Source: Tricharina praecox (lineage: Eukaryota). Taken from it: a DNA stretch of 64,000 nucleotides. This document shows positions 1 through 11,561 of the stretch, piece after piece. Positions within the stretch are counted from its first letter, which is position 1. Every line of letters begins with the position of its first letter. Location of the stretch: assembly GCF_024521635.1 (NCBI RefSeq), contig NW_026250408.1, positions 1,364,001 to 1,428,000 on the forward strand, read 5' to 3'. The translations under genes and the position numbers were made by a program. The notes under the pieces are model-generated. The model ran no database searches and was not told where the DNA came from. It worked only from the letters and a program-made list of their open reading frames with translations.

Positions 1-2617
1 ATAATCTGCTCGTCCATCTTTGGCCACCAGAAATTGCGTCGGATAAGTTCGATAGTCTTGTCCTGGCCCATATGCCCCGCGACTTTCGTATCGTGTTCCG
101 ACTCGAGGATGTGTCTGACGAGTTCCTTATCGTCTGGTACCCATAGCCTTTCTTTCCTATACAGGCACCCCTCTTCCATCCTCAAAATCCTGGCCTTTCG
201 GCCCATCCTGCCGGAGTCCCTACTCTCGGCGGCCAGTTCCCAGGCCTTTCGGCCCTCCGACTCAGTGTCCTTCTGAGCCGCGTCCTCGTTCGTGTCCTTG
301 ATGCTGCTCAGAGCCTCCTGATACCCAGCATCTTCCTTTCCTGCCTTCCTGACCCAACCCAGAAATTCTTCATTCCACTTTGGCACGGGGATTGATTGTA
401 GCCGAGTTGACGAAACCAGGAACACGGTGCTTTCGCCTCCGGTGCTGATTGATGAAACTCTCGAATCGTCGCCTGCAAAGTGTGATTTATGCAGGATCGT
501 CGTAATCGGCTGATCTTCACCCCCCCCTTTTTCAGGGCGGTACTCCGGGCGCCTGGATAATTCGTCAGGCTTGCCGTTCTGGCTGCCGGGCCGGTAGTAG
601 ATTTTGAAGTCGATGCCAGCGAGTTCTTGTGCCCATCTCGCCTGCCGTCGATTGAGTACTTTCGTGGTTGTGAAGTACTCAAGGTTCTGGTGGTCGCTGT
701 ACACCTGGATCTGGTGTTTTGCTCCCTCAAGGTATTGCCGCCAGCGTTTGAAAGAGTCTAGTATCGCGAGTAGTTCCTTATCGTGAATCTCAAAGTTGAT
801 TTCGGCTGGGGTAAACTTTCTTGAGTGGAACGCAACTGGGTGTAACTTCCCATCCTCTGTCTTTTGAGACAGGACCGCGCCCAACGCGAAGTCCGAAGCG
901 TCGGATTCCACCACGACAGGTAATTCTGGGTTGAAGTGCCCGAGAATCGGTGCCGTGGTGAACCTAGACTTCAGCTCCTCGAAGGCGAGTTCCATCTCCG
1001 CTGTCCATCTCCAATCCTTCCCTTTTTCTTTTGTGCTCTCGGTCAAGGGTCTCGTGATCTTTGAGAAATCCTTGATGAAGCGCCTGTAAAAATTGGCGAA
1101 CCCAACAAAGGCTTGTACTTTCTTGAGGGACCGCGGCGCCTCCCACGAGAGCACAGATTCCACCTTGTCTTTAGCCATCTCAATTCCATCTTGGGATATC
1201 ACGTATCCTAGGAACTCGACTCTCCCTGTCCACCAGACACACTTCTCTGGTGAGAGTGCCCACTTATTTTCTTCCAACCTTTTTAGTACCTCGATGACTA
1301 TCTTGTCATGCTCCTCGTGCGTCTTCGCATAGATGAGGAGGTCATCGATGTACGCGACCAGTCCCAGGTCCAACATATCCCGAAATATGTGGTTAATCAT
1401 ATCCTGAAACGTCGCTGGAGCGTTGGTCAGCCCAAACGGCATGACCAAAAACTCAAACAGTCCGTATCGACAGCGGAAAGCCGTCTTCCACTCGTCACCT
1501 TCCTTGATGCGGATAAGGTGATAGCCATTCTTCAGATCAATCTTGGTGAAGACTTTCGCACCCCTGACTCGGTCTTGCAACTCTGCCATGATCGGGAGTG
1601 GGTAGCGATTGGCTACGGTAATCTTGTTGATACCGCGATAGTCGACACACAATCGGAGACCCTTGCCGTGCGCCTTTGGTACAAATAATATCGGCGCCCC
1701 GGCTGGTGATTTGGATCTTCGAATCTTGCCTGTCTGGAGCATCTCCTTGAGCCACTCCCTGAGGGCCTCAAGTTCTTTCTCTGACAGCGCATAGATAGGA
1801 CCCCATGGAGGAGTCTCTCCTTCCTTGAGGTCGATTGCGTGGCCGTAGGACTTGTGGTCGGGAAGCTTATCGGCTGCTTCCTTGCTCATGATGTTGGCAT
1901 ATCGTCTGAACTTCTCCGGAAGCAGATTTATGGGTGGATCTGATTCCGGGCCAGCTGAGACGTATCCGATAATGCGAGCCTCCGAATTGTGAACGACAGA
2001 CGTGTCAAGTTCCATCGGAAAGCTGGTTGCTTGTTGCAAGGTGCATTGTTCCTTGCATCGGGTGCTGGTGAAGCGAATTTTCTGTGCTTCATTGTTCCAC
2101 AACCCTGTCGGTTCATGCTTAGCCATCCACCAATACGGGAGGTAGGCATCGCAGTCGTCCAAGGGAGCCACTTCGAAGGTTTCGTTGGTGTAGTGCCTCC
2201 GGTGTTGAAGGAGCATCGGCATTGTATAATATTCCCCGGCTCCTTCCACTATGGTTCCGTGGAAGTCCTTGATTTCCACCGGCTTAGGTCGTTGAATGAG
2301 GGGCAACCCAAGTTCTCGTGCAAGGCTTCGTTTGATGATCGGAATGGCACATCCTGTGTCGAGGAGTACTCGGATCCGTCGTCGCTTGTGCTCAGACCAG
2401 AGGAGCATCATTTCTATGATAGGTCGTGGTCCGCTGACAGGTTTTGGGGGCTCACACCCTGAGGCGCTCGGCGCGGTTGGACTCGTAGAAATAGGTCGGT
2501 CCGTCCGTCTTCGCTTATCTCTGGATTCGCTGTCGATGTCCTGAGGCCGTGGTCTCTTCGTTCCGCAAACATATACACCTGGCCGTCCAGTCTGCGGAGT
2601 GCTGGGGCCGCTCAAAA
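1..2617 (-). CDS. pol: Pol polyprotein (aspartic protease, RT, RNase H, start of integrase); partial, in the -1 frame relative to gag
   Basis: Manual translation gives VLLDTGCAIP (protease); LCVDYRGIN, MPFGLTNAPATFQ and YIDD (RT); ESDASDFALGAVL and DHQNL (RNase H); HDTKVAGHMG..FWWPKM (integrase zinc finger). Probably missing from the ORF track because it has no stop inside the window. Confidence 0.95.
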
Positions 2618-4612
2618 ATCCTCCGGCTCACTCTCATTCCCTTCCCAGAATGGAGGCGCCTCCGTCATTGCTTCATCCTCCACCACAACCGCCGCAGCCT
2701 TGTGTTGCTTGGACCTCGGTCGAGTGGGTTCGGCATCCTGGGTGTCCCGCTTTCTCTTTGTCACGGATGACACCTTTGGACTTTCGGGGAGTTCGGTACC
2801 CGCGACTGTTTTGCTGGCGTAGCATTGGAAGGTTCGGTGGCCGTCTCGTCCGCAACGCCAACAGTCGCACTTGGATGCTTTGTGGGCATCGATCTCCTTC
2901 TGGGGAACCCCTACCAGAGCCTCCTTTGCTCCTGCGTAGATGTCCCCTTCCCTTGTCCTTCCCTTCCGGACTCCTGTTGCTTCCTTGGCCTTTCGGCCCT
3001 CCGGCGACTCCCCGCTTTCCTTGCGGCCCCCGGGGTCTCTGCCCTTTCCTTGGCCCTGCCGGCCGTTGCCAGGTCCCTTCCAGTCGCCGGAACCCTGGCT
3101 ACCCGATCCCCCTTTCCTCATTGCCCTTGCCTTTTTCAGCGCGTCCCGTCGTTCCACATGGTTACCAGCCCTGAGCACCGTTTCCAGGAAGTCTTCATCG
3201 TCTTCGTAGGGTTCGGTGTGCTGGTTGAAGCACATGTCGACGATGTCGGTGGTCATGGCCTGGTTGACTATGTCTCGTAGCGGTTCGCTGGTGGCGCGAG
3301 CGATCATGTAGAGCGATCGGAAGGACGTCATGTAAGCCTGGATATCTCCTTTGTATTCGAGGGCCCACATCCTTCTTAATGCATTCGCTCCTTCCTGCGT
3401 GTCGCGGTACGCCTCCTTGAGTGCCTCTTGGTACGCCTGCCAGGTATCTTCCAAGTGTAGCTGTCTCAGGCTTTTTCGACGGGCCTGATGCCATTCTGCC
3501 GCTGTCCCTTCCAGTCGGGATCCCACCCACGCTATCTTCTGCTGCTCGTTTGTCTCTGGGTGGAACTCAAGATATTCTTCAACTGAGTCCCACCATGGAC
3601 GGAAGGCTGTTCTTTGCTTGCCATCGAACGGCTTGGGCTCTTTCATTTTAAGCTTGATGGCCCTCGGGTTCGATGCGGAGACGGCAGCAGCGATGATCCG
3701 AGCGAAGCGACTCTCTTCGTCTTCGTCGTCTTCTCTTGGTAGCGGAACGTGTCGGTGACGGGGCGGCGAACGACGCGGCAAGGGGATGGAATCGTCATCA
3801 TCCGATGGTTCCTCATCCGAGGGATCACCTCCAAGGTTAGTCACCGGACGTCTTGGGGGTGGAGGAGGAGGGGACATTCCTGCACCTGCCGGAGTTTCCC
3901 TTGTTGCTGACCTTTCTGCCCGCGATCCTCCTCTTGGGGTAGTGTTTACCCACTCTGGGGCCTTTTCCTTCGCCTTCCCTGTCCTTACCTCTACAGCCTT
4001 CAATTTTTTCTCTGCTCGAGCGATTTTTTCCTTGATTCGCTGTTGCTCCTTGTAGAGGTATTCTGCCTTCTCTTCCTGTTTCCCTGCCCAAATTTCCACG
4101 TTGCGGTTGTACACCGCTTGCTCCCTGCGTTGTTCGACTTGCGCCGTTTCGAGGAACACGATGGCGTCTTGTAGCCGAGCGTTTGCGACGCTTTGCAACT
4201 CGCGGTTGTCTTCGTCTTTCTGGTTACGTTCTCGAATGACTGCCCATACGTCGCTGCTCAGGGCGTGCGTCGCGTTCGCTACCGTTGACAGCTCGGTTCG
4301 AAGCCATTCTGTATTCATTTCGGCATTGTGAGCGTAGAGGTTGTACACATACTTGACCCCATCGCAGAGTTGTTCGTAGTTCCTTCTGATTTCCTGCATT
4401 CGGGAGTCCTCTTCGTTGAACTTCTGATCGCATGCTTGGTAAAGCTGGCGCAGGTCTCTTTGTGCCGTTTGGTATTGGTGGTTCATCAGCCTGAGCCAGG
4501 CTGCCGGGTTTCGTACTTCGACGGTTTCGGATGCTTGCGGGATGCTAACGAGCGCATTGCTCAGGGTCTGAGGAAGTTCGAGGCGGAGCATGTCGAGGTT
4601 TGAGGAGGACAT
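2612..4612 (-). CDS. gag: Gag protein, 666 aa, with CCHC zinc knuckle
   Basis: Contains EPKPFDGK..W capsid-like motif and CWRCGRDGHRTFQC knuckle; lies directly after the LTR/PBS. Confidence 0.93.
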   Translation of the reverse strand: MSSSNLDMLRLELPQTLSNALVSIPQASETVEVRNPAAWLRLMNHQYQTAQRDLRQLYQACDQKFNEEDSRMQEIRRNYEQLCDGVKYVYNLYAHNAEMNTEWLRTELSTVANATHALSSDVWAVIRERNQKDEDNRELQSVANARLQDAIVFLETAQVEQRREQAVYNRNVEIWAGKQEEKAEYLYKEQQRIKEKIARAEKKLKAVEVRTGKAKEKAPEWVNTTPRGGSRAERSATRETPAGAGMSPPPPPPRRPVTNLGGDPSDEEPSDDDDSIPLPRRSPPRHRHVPLPREDDEDEESRFARIIAAAVSASNPRAIKLKMKEPKPFDGKQRTAFRPWWDSVEEYLEFHPETNEQQKIAWVGSRLEGTAAEWHQARRKSLRQLHLEDTWQAYQEALKEAYRDTQEGANALRRMWALEYKGDIQAYMTSFRSLYMIARATSEPLRDIVNQAMTTDIVDMCFNQHTEPYEDDEDFLETVLRAGNHVERRDALKKARAMRKGGSGSQGSGDWKGPGNGRQGQGKGRDPGGRKESGESPEGRKAKEATGVRKGRTREGDIYAGAKEALVGVPQKEIDAHKASKCDCWRCGRDGHRTFQCYASKTVAGTELPESPKVSSVTKRKRDTQDAEPTRPRSKQHKAAAVVVEDEAMTEAPPFWEGNESEPEDF

Positions 4613-4650
4613 ATCGATAGAAATCGGTGACTGTAACCTTAAGATTATAG

Positions 4651-5339
4651 TGTGAGACTGGGACGGGTTTGTGTCGTCGGAGTCTATGGTAATATCGAGG
4701 ATAGAATAAAAGTCAGGGATTTCGATAATTCACAACGGAATAATCTTAAGGGTGTGTGTTCGATGGTTTGTTCGGTGCGATGATTGTAGTTTGTTCGGTT
4801 GCCCGCTCGGTTCGACTTATAGTCGTCCCGATCCTCAGCACGTGATTCCTCTAGAGTGCGGCCTAACGTAGCTCCGTTGCTTCCTTTGCATCGGAGTTCC
4901 GCGGCCTAGCCTTGAGTCGTCGTCAGCTCTCGTCGGATAGTCTTCTCGACTAGGCAGGTGGTAAACACCACGCGCCCAAGATAGATCGGAGTTTCCGAGC
5001 AATTATCTCCCTCATGCGCCGGCAGAGTTCTTCGCTCGAAGTTGTCTGCCCCCATCGGTCGATGTTCGATTCTCTCGTCATAACAGTTTTTTCCTGGATC
5101 GGAGTTCCTACTGCGGGGCCCTATGATCGGAGATCTCAAAGTCCTCTGGACTGTTATCCCGATCTCCCGCATCTCCGATCACTGTCTAGACTCTGGAATC
5201 CGTTTGCTCCCTCCTTCCTATCTTGTCCTTGATCGCTTCTAACTATCCTTTCGGCTCGCAACTCTATTCTAATCACCCGAACTATCTAATCACATCTCTT
5301 GCGACCGTCGTGACCTCCGATACCTATCGGGGTGTCACA
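4651..5339 (-). repeat. 5' LTR (689 bp) of the minus-strand Gypsy element
   Basis: TGTGA...TCACA termini; near-identical inverted copy at 5944-6632. Confidence 0.96.
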
Positions 5340-6632
5340 GTAGGAGACTTGGTAATGCTCAATGGGCGGAACATTCAAACCCGCCGACCCTCGCGGAAGT
5401 TGGACCACAAGAACCATGGTCCCTTCCAAATCGAGAAGATCGTATCGCCGCTCGCTGTCAAGCTCACTCTGCCAAGGAATTGGAAGATTCATAATGTCTT
5501 TCACGTCTCGCTCGTTGAACCGTTCCGAGCCGGCACCCGAGCACCACCGGATCCCTCTCAAATCTTACGAGAGGCCGATGATGTGGAAGGCAACGAAGAA
5601 TACGACGTCGATGAGGTTATGGGCAGCTCCAAGAAATGTCGACGATTGCTCTACCTTGTGAAATGGCTCAACTACCCCGAACGACGGGACTGGACGAACG
5701 AGCCATTCGACAACTTCTCAGTAGGCGGTCGGGAAAAGCTACGCGAGTTTCATCGCAAAAATCCCGGTGCGCCGAGGGACTACCGGCTCACAGATGAGTA
5801 AGAGTTTTTTCCCATGTGGTTTTTCTCGAACTCGGGCAGGTAGTAGGATGAAGGGGTTGGAGGACTTCATCCACAGTTATCAAGTTAGGATAAAGGCGAG
5901 GACTTGGGTGCTTCGGGCCGAAGCCTCGTGGGAGGGGAGATGGTGTGACACCCCGATAGGTATCGGAGGTCACGACGGTCGCAAGAGATGTGATTAGATA
6001 GTTCGGGTGATTAGAATAGAGTTGCGAGCCGAAAGGATAGTTAGAAGCGATCAAGGACAAGATAGGAAGGAGGGAGCAAACGGATTCCAGAGTCTAGACA
6101 GTGATCGGAGATGCGGGAGATCGGGATAACAGTCCAGAGGACTTTGAGATCTCCGATCATAGGGCCCCGCAGTAGGAACTCCGATCCAGGGAAAAACTGT
6201 TATGACGAGAGAATCGAACATCGACCGATGGGGGCAGACAACTTCGAGCGAAGAACTCTGCCGGCGCATGAGGGAGATAATTGCTCGGAAACTCCGATCT
6301 ATCTTGGGCGCGTGGTGTTTACCACCTGCCTAGTCGAGACGACTATCCGAAGAGAGCTGACGACGACTCAAGGCTAGGCCGCGGAACTCCGATGCAAAGG
6401 AAGCAACGGAGCTACGTTAGGCCGCACTCTAGAGGAATCACGTGCTGAGGATCGGGACGACTATAAGTCGAACCGAGCGGGCAACCGAACAAACTACAAT
6501 GATCGCACCGAACAAACCATCGAACAAACACCCTTAAGATTATTCCGTTGTGAATCATCGAAATCCCTGACTTTTATTCTATCCTCGATTTTACTATAGA
6601 CTCCGACGACACAAACCCGTCCCAGTCTCACA
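5340..6632 (+). mobile_element. 3' end of a second copy of the same Gypsy family: integrase C-terminus (GPY/F) and chromodomain, PPT, 3' LTR
   Basis: VGDLVML..KLDHKNHGPFQI..IHNVFHVSLVEP and chromodomain EEYDVDEVM..YLVKWLNYP..WTNEP (stop at 5801). Polypurine tract GGGAGGGGAGATGG at ~5930-5943 abuts the LTR. Confidence 0.95.
5944..6632 (+). repeat. 3' LTR (689 bp) of the plus-strand Gypsy copy
   Basis: TGTGACA...TCTCACA; about 8 substitutions versus 4651-5339, counted by eye. Confidence 0.96.
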
Positions 6633-6752
6633 GAACCCCACTGACAATACCCCTCAAGAATATTCCGCTGTGAATTATGGAAATACCTGGGTTTTATTCT
6701 GTACTCGATTTCTACGAAGACTCTGACGTCCCGAAACCTTTTCAGTCTCACA
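6633..6752 (+). mobile_element. 3' remnant of an older, diverged related LTR
   Basis: Aligns with the last ~105 bp of the young LTR (ccctcaagaatattccgctgtgaatt...cagtctcaca versus cccttaagattattccgttgtgaatc...cagtctcaca) and ends in TCTCACA. Confidence 0.85.
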
Positions 6753-7240
6753 TAAGCGGAGGTGAAGTAGTCGCAGTGCTGCTTCACTTTGCAGTGCCTT
6801 TACTGGTGTTGTCCTGAATCTTCCTGGGATTTTCATAAGTGCTAAGTTCAAGATGGTTTCGAGTTTGTTGGTGAATCCTTTCTGGTGGTTCCACCTGATT
6901 TCCAATCCAAAATTGCTCACAGCTATGACACAGGCGTTGTAGAGTTATGAGACTGCTCTGGGGGTGAGGCCTCTTTTGCAGTTGGCAAGCCGTTGGATGG
7001 CTCGCATTGCTCACATAACTCTGGCCGCCTTGAGTTTGACGTGGTGGTGGTGGAAGGTGAGTTTTCTGTCCAACCAGATACCTACCATCTGACGGTGTCT
7101 TTGCTCACATCCGTCCTGCCAGGGGAGACGACGGTTTCATTGGGGAGAGTGACTTGCTCATCGTCAGTGATGATGTTGGTTCTCGCGGTGTGGCAGTGCA
7201 TCAACTCTGTCTTGGAAAATTTGTGGTGAATAGGTAGTAT
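6753..7240 (-). mobile_element. Degenerate Tad1-like LINE ORF2 fragment (RT C-terminus)
   Basis: KTELMH..VRW/GIWLDRKLTFHHH..LYNACV..GRFRTTPVKALQSEAALRLLHLRL, with in-frame stops. Confidence 0.85.
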
Positions 7241-7729
7241 CAGGTGAAATGGTAACACATCTGCAGAAAGGATATCCCCAGTACAGATGCCCCATGAATA
7301 CTGTGGCACTGTACTTTTTTTTTTCTTCATTTAAAATTTACTGAGCCCAAAAGACTCTAGGCCATGCAACGCAGGACCTACCCGCCCACTGTCAGGATGG
7401 TGCCGCTTCCGCCTTGCACAATGCAAGGGTCCCCGCATCACGATGTCCGATCGACGATTGCGTCTGCAGAATACGTCAGCCCTGCTAAAGTAATCCTCTC
7501 CTGCTGCTTTCCCCACCTCACTTTGCTTCGTGCAGACCCCGCAAATGCGATTCCCGACTGGGGCCCTGTCAGCTATGTGCAGCCTGCAGGATGGAGAACA
7601 TATATATTGGCTGTAATCTGTGGTTCATCCGCTTTCGTCCGTGTTCGCCAATACCTGTCCACTCGCCTCGCGGTCCGTACCGATAATCCTCTCCTCTGTT
7701 CAAACCGAATCTGAAAACTGCTAGGAAAC

Positions 7730-9641
7730 ATGTCGGACGTGAACTACTCGATCCCCGCAGAGGCAGCGAAGCTACTCCACGACGGTATCATCGGCAACCC
7801 GCTCCACAGCGATGCGCCCGCGGAGCTTGCCAACGCAGCACAAAGTATCTCGTTCGAAGGTACGGCCTTGCCGTCGATCCCAATCAACTGGCGCTTTGCC
7901 GAGAGCATATCAGCTATCAAGGGATTCCAGGGTGCGATGTTAAACGTGCTTCTCAAACGGAAGCACGGATTGGAAGAGTACCCGCGGATCACGATCAACA
8001 CGTAATCCTCTCCCACCAGTGTCTGCTGCTTTGCATGTGAGATACCGTCGTTCGCCGCTAACAGGGACGTCGAAGCGACCATGCACAACTCTTCATCATG
8101 TCCATAGCTCTCACGCAAATCCTGGACCCGTCTGTCAGCGCGCCCGTAGACCGCAATAAAATCGGTTCCTCCGGCGCCGAACGCTACTTCCCGAACAGAG
8201 ATATCCACAATTCCCTCCACGACTGGCACCGCCGCGCGGCAACCAACATCTACCGCACGCGCGATAACCGGTTCTACCACATACACGGCAGCATGAACCC
8301 AGAGCCGACGCAGGGCGCGCTTGGAATCTCCGCATGCGTGGACCCAGAGCCTGCCTCGCCGGCCGATGCCGTGAAGCCCTACGCTGTGAAGGTCGCGGAG
8401 TTGGCGGCGGCGGAGATCGACGAGCTCATGAACGGGAAAAACCGCCAGGCGGGCACGATCTGCTACAGTGCTGAGGAATACTTGGCTTCCGAGCACGGAA
8501 GGGCGAATGCCCACGTTGGATTGTACGAGCTTCATCATCATGCCAATCCCGAGCAACCGCCCGCATGGTGGCCGGCTCCGGCAGGCGCGGACCCGAAGAG
8601 ACCCCTGTTCGGGCTCAAGGTGGTGGAGCTTGCGCGCGTGATTGCCGCGCCGTCTGTGACGAGGGAGCTGGCGGAGCTGGGTGCCAGCGTCATGAGGATC
8701 ACTGCGCCGCACATCACCGACATGAGTGCGCTGTTCCCCGATCTGAACTGGGGGAAGTGGGAGGCCGAATTGGATCTACGGGAGGAAGCGGACAAGGAAA
8801 AGCTGCGAGCACTGATCATGGATGCCGACGTCGTGCTGGACGGGTATCGGCCAGGGGTCATGCAGAAGTGGGGCTTTGGCAAAGACGACATCCTAAATAT
8901 GAGGGAGAACTCGGAGAAGGGCATCATATATGCCCGTGAGAATTGCTATGGATGGCAGGGGCCTTGGGCTGGACGCTCGGGGTGGCAGCAGATCAGCGAT
9001 GCAGTACGGTATGCCCCGCTGTCACGCCGACCCATGCTGATCCGAGTTTCAACCAGTGCTGTGGTGTTTCCCTAGGTTTCGGAAGAGCCATGGGCAACGA
9101 CGAGCCAGTCACGCCCGTATTCCCGAACTCGGATTACTGCACCGGAGCCTCCGGCGCCACAGGCGTGCTTCAAGCACTGATCGAGCGCGGCTCAAAGGGC
9201 GGTTCATATGTAGTCGACGTAAGCCCGCGCATCCGAACCGTGAAACCACACGAACGAGCCACCTGCTAACCAAGCACCTGCTCTGCTTAGATCGCGCTCA
9301 ACTACTATTCCCAATGGCTGATTAACAGTTGCGGCGAGTATCCCACGGACGTGTTCCAGGACGTCTGGGACCGCAATGGCCACGTCGTCTTCCGCCACGA
9401 CCAGAATATGCTCCAGTCCCTGCCGGTGTACATCGGCATGATCCTGAAGAGCCCTCTCATGACGCCCGGCTTCTTCGAGGAGCGCGAGAGCAAGGCGATA
9501 GGCGTGAAGCTGAGAACGCCGAAGCCCGTGCTGTGCTTTCCCAGTGGCGAGGTCGAACTGCGCTTCAACGTCGGCACCCGCGGGAATGGCGTGGATAGGC
9601 CGGTTTGGCCGGAGAATCTGTTGACCGAGGTCGTTGCGTGA
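7730..9641 (+). CDS. Family III CoA-transferase (CaiB/BaiF-like); 4 exons (~7730-8001, 8076-9003, 9058-9218, 9291-9641)
   Basis: LFGLKVVELARVIAAP, DLNWGKW..LDLR, DADVVLDGYRPG, ENCYGWQGPW.RSGWQQISDA; GT-AG introns with CTAAC-like branch points. Confidence 0.9.
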
Positions 9642-10364
9642 ATGCTTTTGTTTTTGCAGTGGGTTGTATCATTGCGTCAATCGAGAAAGAGGGATCTTCC
9701 TGTAGGTCTTGAGTTGAATTCGTGAATCTTGGAACATAGCTCACCCACTGCTGCGTGAGCCGGCAACACCAAACTGTTCCAGGAGGTAAAGCCAATATAG
9801 TCGTAAAAGGCCCCACCGTCGGCACCTGACATCCACGGTTAAGAGTTGTAGACTCATCCATCCCGGAAACGACCGGCGTAACCGCCACGTCCACGTCTCC
9901 AAATGAACCCCGACTCGTTGACAACAGGCCGGTAACCGCCAATCCCCCAAATCTAACCACGGAAACTGCAGACTAAAACCTATAGAACAAAAGCATCCAT
10001 TCAGGGTCGGATACCTGTGCCATGACCATGGTGTTATCCTGTTTTTTGGTTTCTATCAATCATCTTTGCATTCGGCCTGATTAAATCTATTCAGAATGAC
10101 AGCTGATGGTCCGAATGATAGCTTATGTGTGAGAAACTAGGCCGTCAATGGGGAAGTTGGGAGGCAGATTGGTGGAGTCGCGTTTTTTTTTTCTGCTGGA
10201 GATGGTATAGAAGAGGCCACAGACATGCACGTATTACGGAGATATTGTTGTCGGCAGAAATAATAGGTCACGCAGGGTACAATGATAGTCTACATTGGGC
10301 ATACATGAGTGGAGTCGTATCTGTTCTATCTAATCATTTCGGACGCTCTATCTTCGTGTCTAAT

Positions 10365-11561
10365 CTACTGGTTCGCAGCTCGAATCTTCATCTCCTTCTG
10401 CATCTTGTGGAAGATGCTCTCCAGCCCGTCCTCGTTGAAGGTGATTCCCAGGCTCACCCACGTCTCCCTCGCGTTCTCCTCCGCAAACGGAAACATCTTC
10501 GCCTCGTACGCTTTCACCGCCTCCGCCAGTCCCTGCTCCCCGTGCTCCACAATCGCCGCCCCGAGCGTCATCGCATCCCACATGGCGACGTTGACACCGA
10601 CGCCTGCAAACGGCGTCATGAGGTGCGCGGCGTCGCCCATCAACGTGACGCCCTCCTTCCCCTCCCAGCGGATGCCAACGGGGAGCATGAACAGCTTGCG
10701 GGAGATGACCTTATCGTCCGCCAGCCGCACCAGATCCTTCAGCTTATCATCCCACTCCTCCAAGAACTGCTCCAGCACCGCGGCCTTCGCCTCGGCCGCG
10801 TTATTGAAGTCGACGCCGCAGGTCTCCTCCCACTCCTCGGGCGTCAAGCCATACACGTACACGCGCACATTCCCGTCGCCGTTGCGCTGCACGAATAACC
10901 CTGCGGCGTTGTGCACCGAGAAGTAGCTCCCCATGCCCACCAGTTTCGAGAGCTCCGGCTGCCGCTCGTCCACGGCGGTAATACACAGCTCCACGCCGCT
11001 GACGCCCGAGTAGTGCGGCCGCGCATCCATCAGGACCCGGCGCACCTTCGACCATGCGCCGTCCGCGCCCACCACGAGCTCAAAAGTCTCGCTCTTGGGG
11101 GCGCCGTCCGCATCGGCATACTCCACAGCCCATCCCTTCCCGCCAGGTGCGGGGACGACATCGGTGACCTTTGCGCCCCAGTGAACGGCCTGCTCGGGCA
11201 GCGCCTGCAGCAGGATCTTTCTTAACTGGACACGATCGACCTCTGGCTCGTTTCTTGTGCCATCGCCGGGGAGGTCGATAACGAGGCGGCCCTTATTGTC
11301 GCCGAGACGGAACGCCTCGCCGGAGGAGCGCATGACCTTCTCGAACTGGGGGTAGATCCCGGCGGCGTGCAACGCCGCCTGCCCCGTGTGTGCGTGCAGG
11401 TCTAAAGTGCCGCCTTGCTGCCGCGCCGACTCGGACGCGTCGAGCTCGAACACCACGCTGCGGATGTTGTGGAGGTGCAGGATCCGCGCCAGCGTGAGCC
11501 CGCTAGGGCCGCCGCCGATGATGGCGATACAGGGAGAGGTGGTGCTGGTGCTGGGGGACAT
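10365..11561 (-). CDS. FAD-dependent monooxygenase (group A, TetX-like), 398 aa, intronless
   Basis: IIGGGPSG, QGGTLDLH, PEVDRVQLRKILL, VVGADGAWSKVR and LMGDAAHLMTPFAGVGVN fingerprints. Confidence 0.93.
   Translation of the reverse strand: MSPSTSTTSPCIAIIGGGPSGLTLARILHLHNIRSVVFELDASESARQQGGTLDLHAHTGQAALHAAGIYPQFEKVMRSSGEAFRLGDNKGRLVIDLPGDGTRNEPEVDRVQLRKILLQALPEQAVHWGAKVTDVVPAPGGKGWAVEYADADGAPKSETFELVVGADGAWSKVRRVLMDARPHYSGVSGVELCITAVDERQPELSKLVGMGSYFSVHNAAGLFVQRNGDGNVRVYVYGLTPEEWEETCGVDFNNAAEAKAAVLEQFLEEWDDKLKDLVRLADDKVISRKLFMLPVGIRWEGKEGVTLMGDAAHLMTPFAGVGVNVAMWDAMTLGAAIVEHGEQGLAEAVKAYEAKMFPFAEENARETWVSLGITFNEDGLESIFHKMQKEMKIRAANQ

Larger units (their letters stand above)
1..5339 (-). mobile_element. 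Ty3/Gypsy LTR retrotransposon (chromovirus-type), 5' part; 3' end lies outside the window
   Basis: 5' LTR at 5339-4651, then gag, then pol in the order PR-RT-RH-IN. No stop codons seen in the translated parts of the pol frame. Confidence 0.97.

Noticed and set aside
4906..6377. Paired near-identical ORFs (88, 72 and ~90 aa) on opposite strands
   Set aside because: They are by-products of the two inverted LTR copies. The 192-aa ORF is a chance in-frame fusion of antisense LTR and integrase tail.
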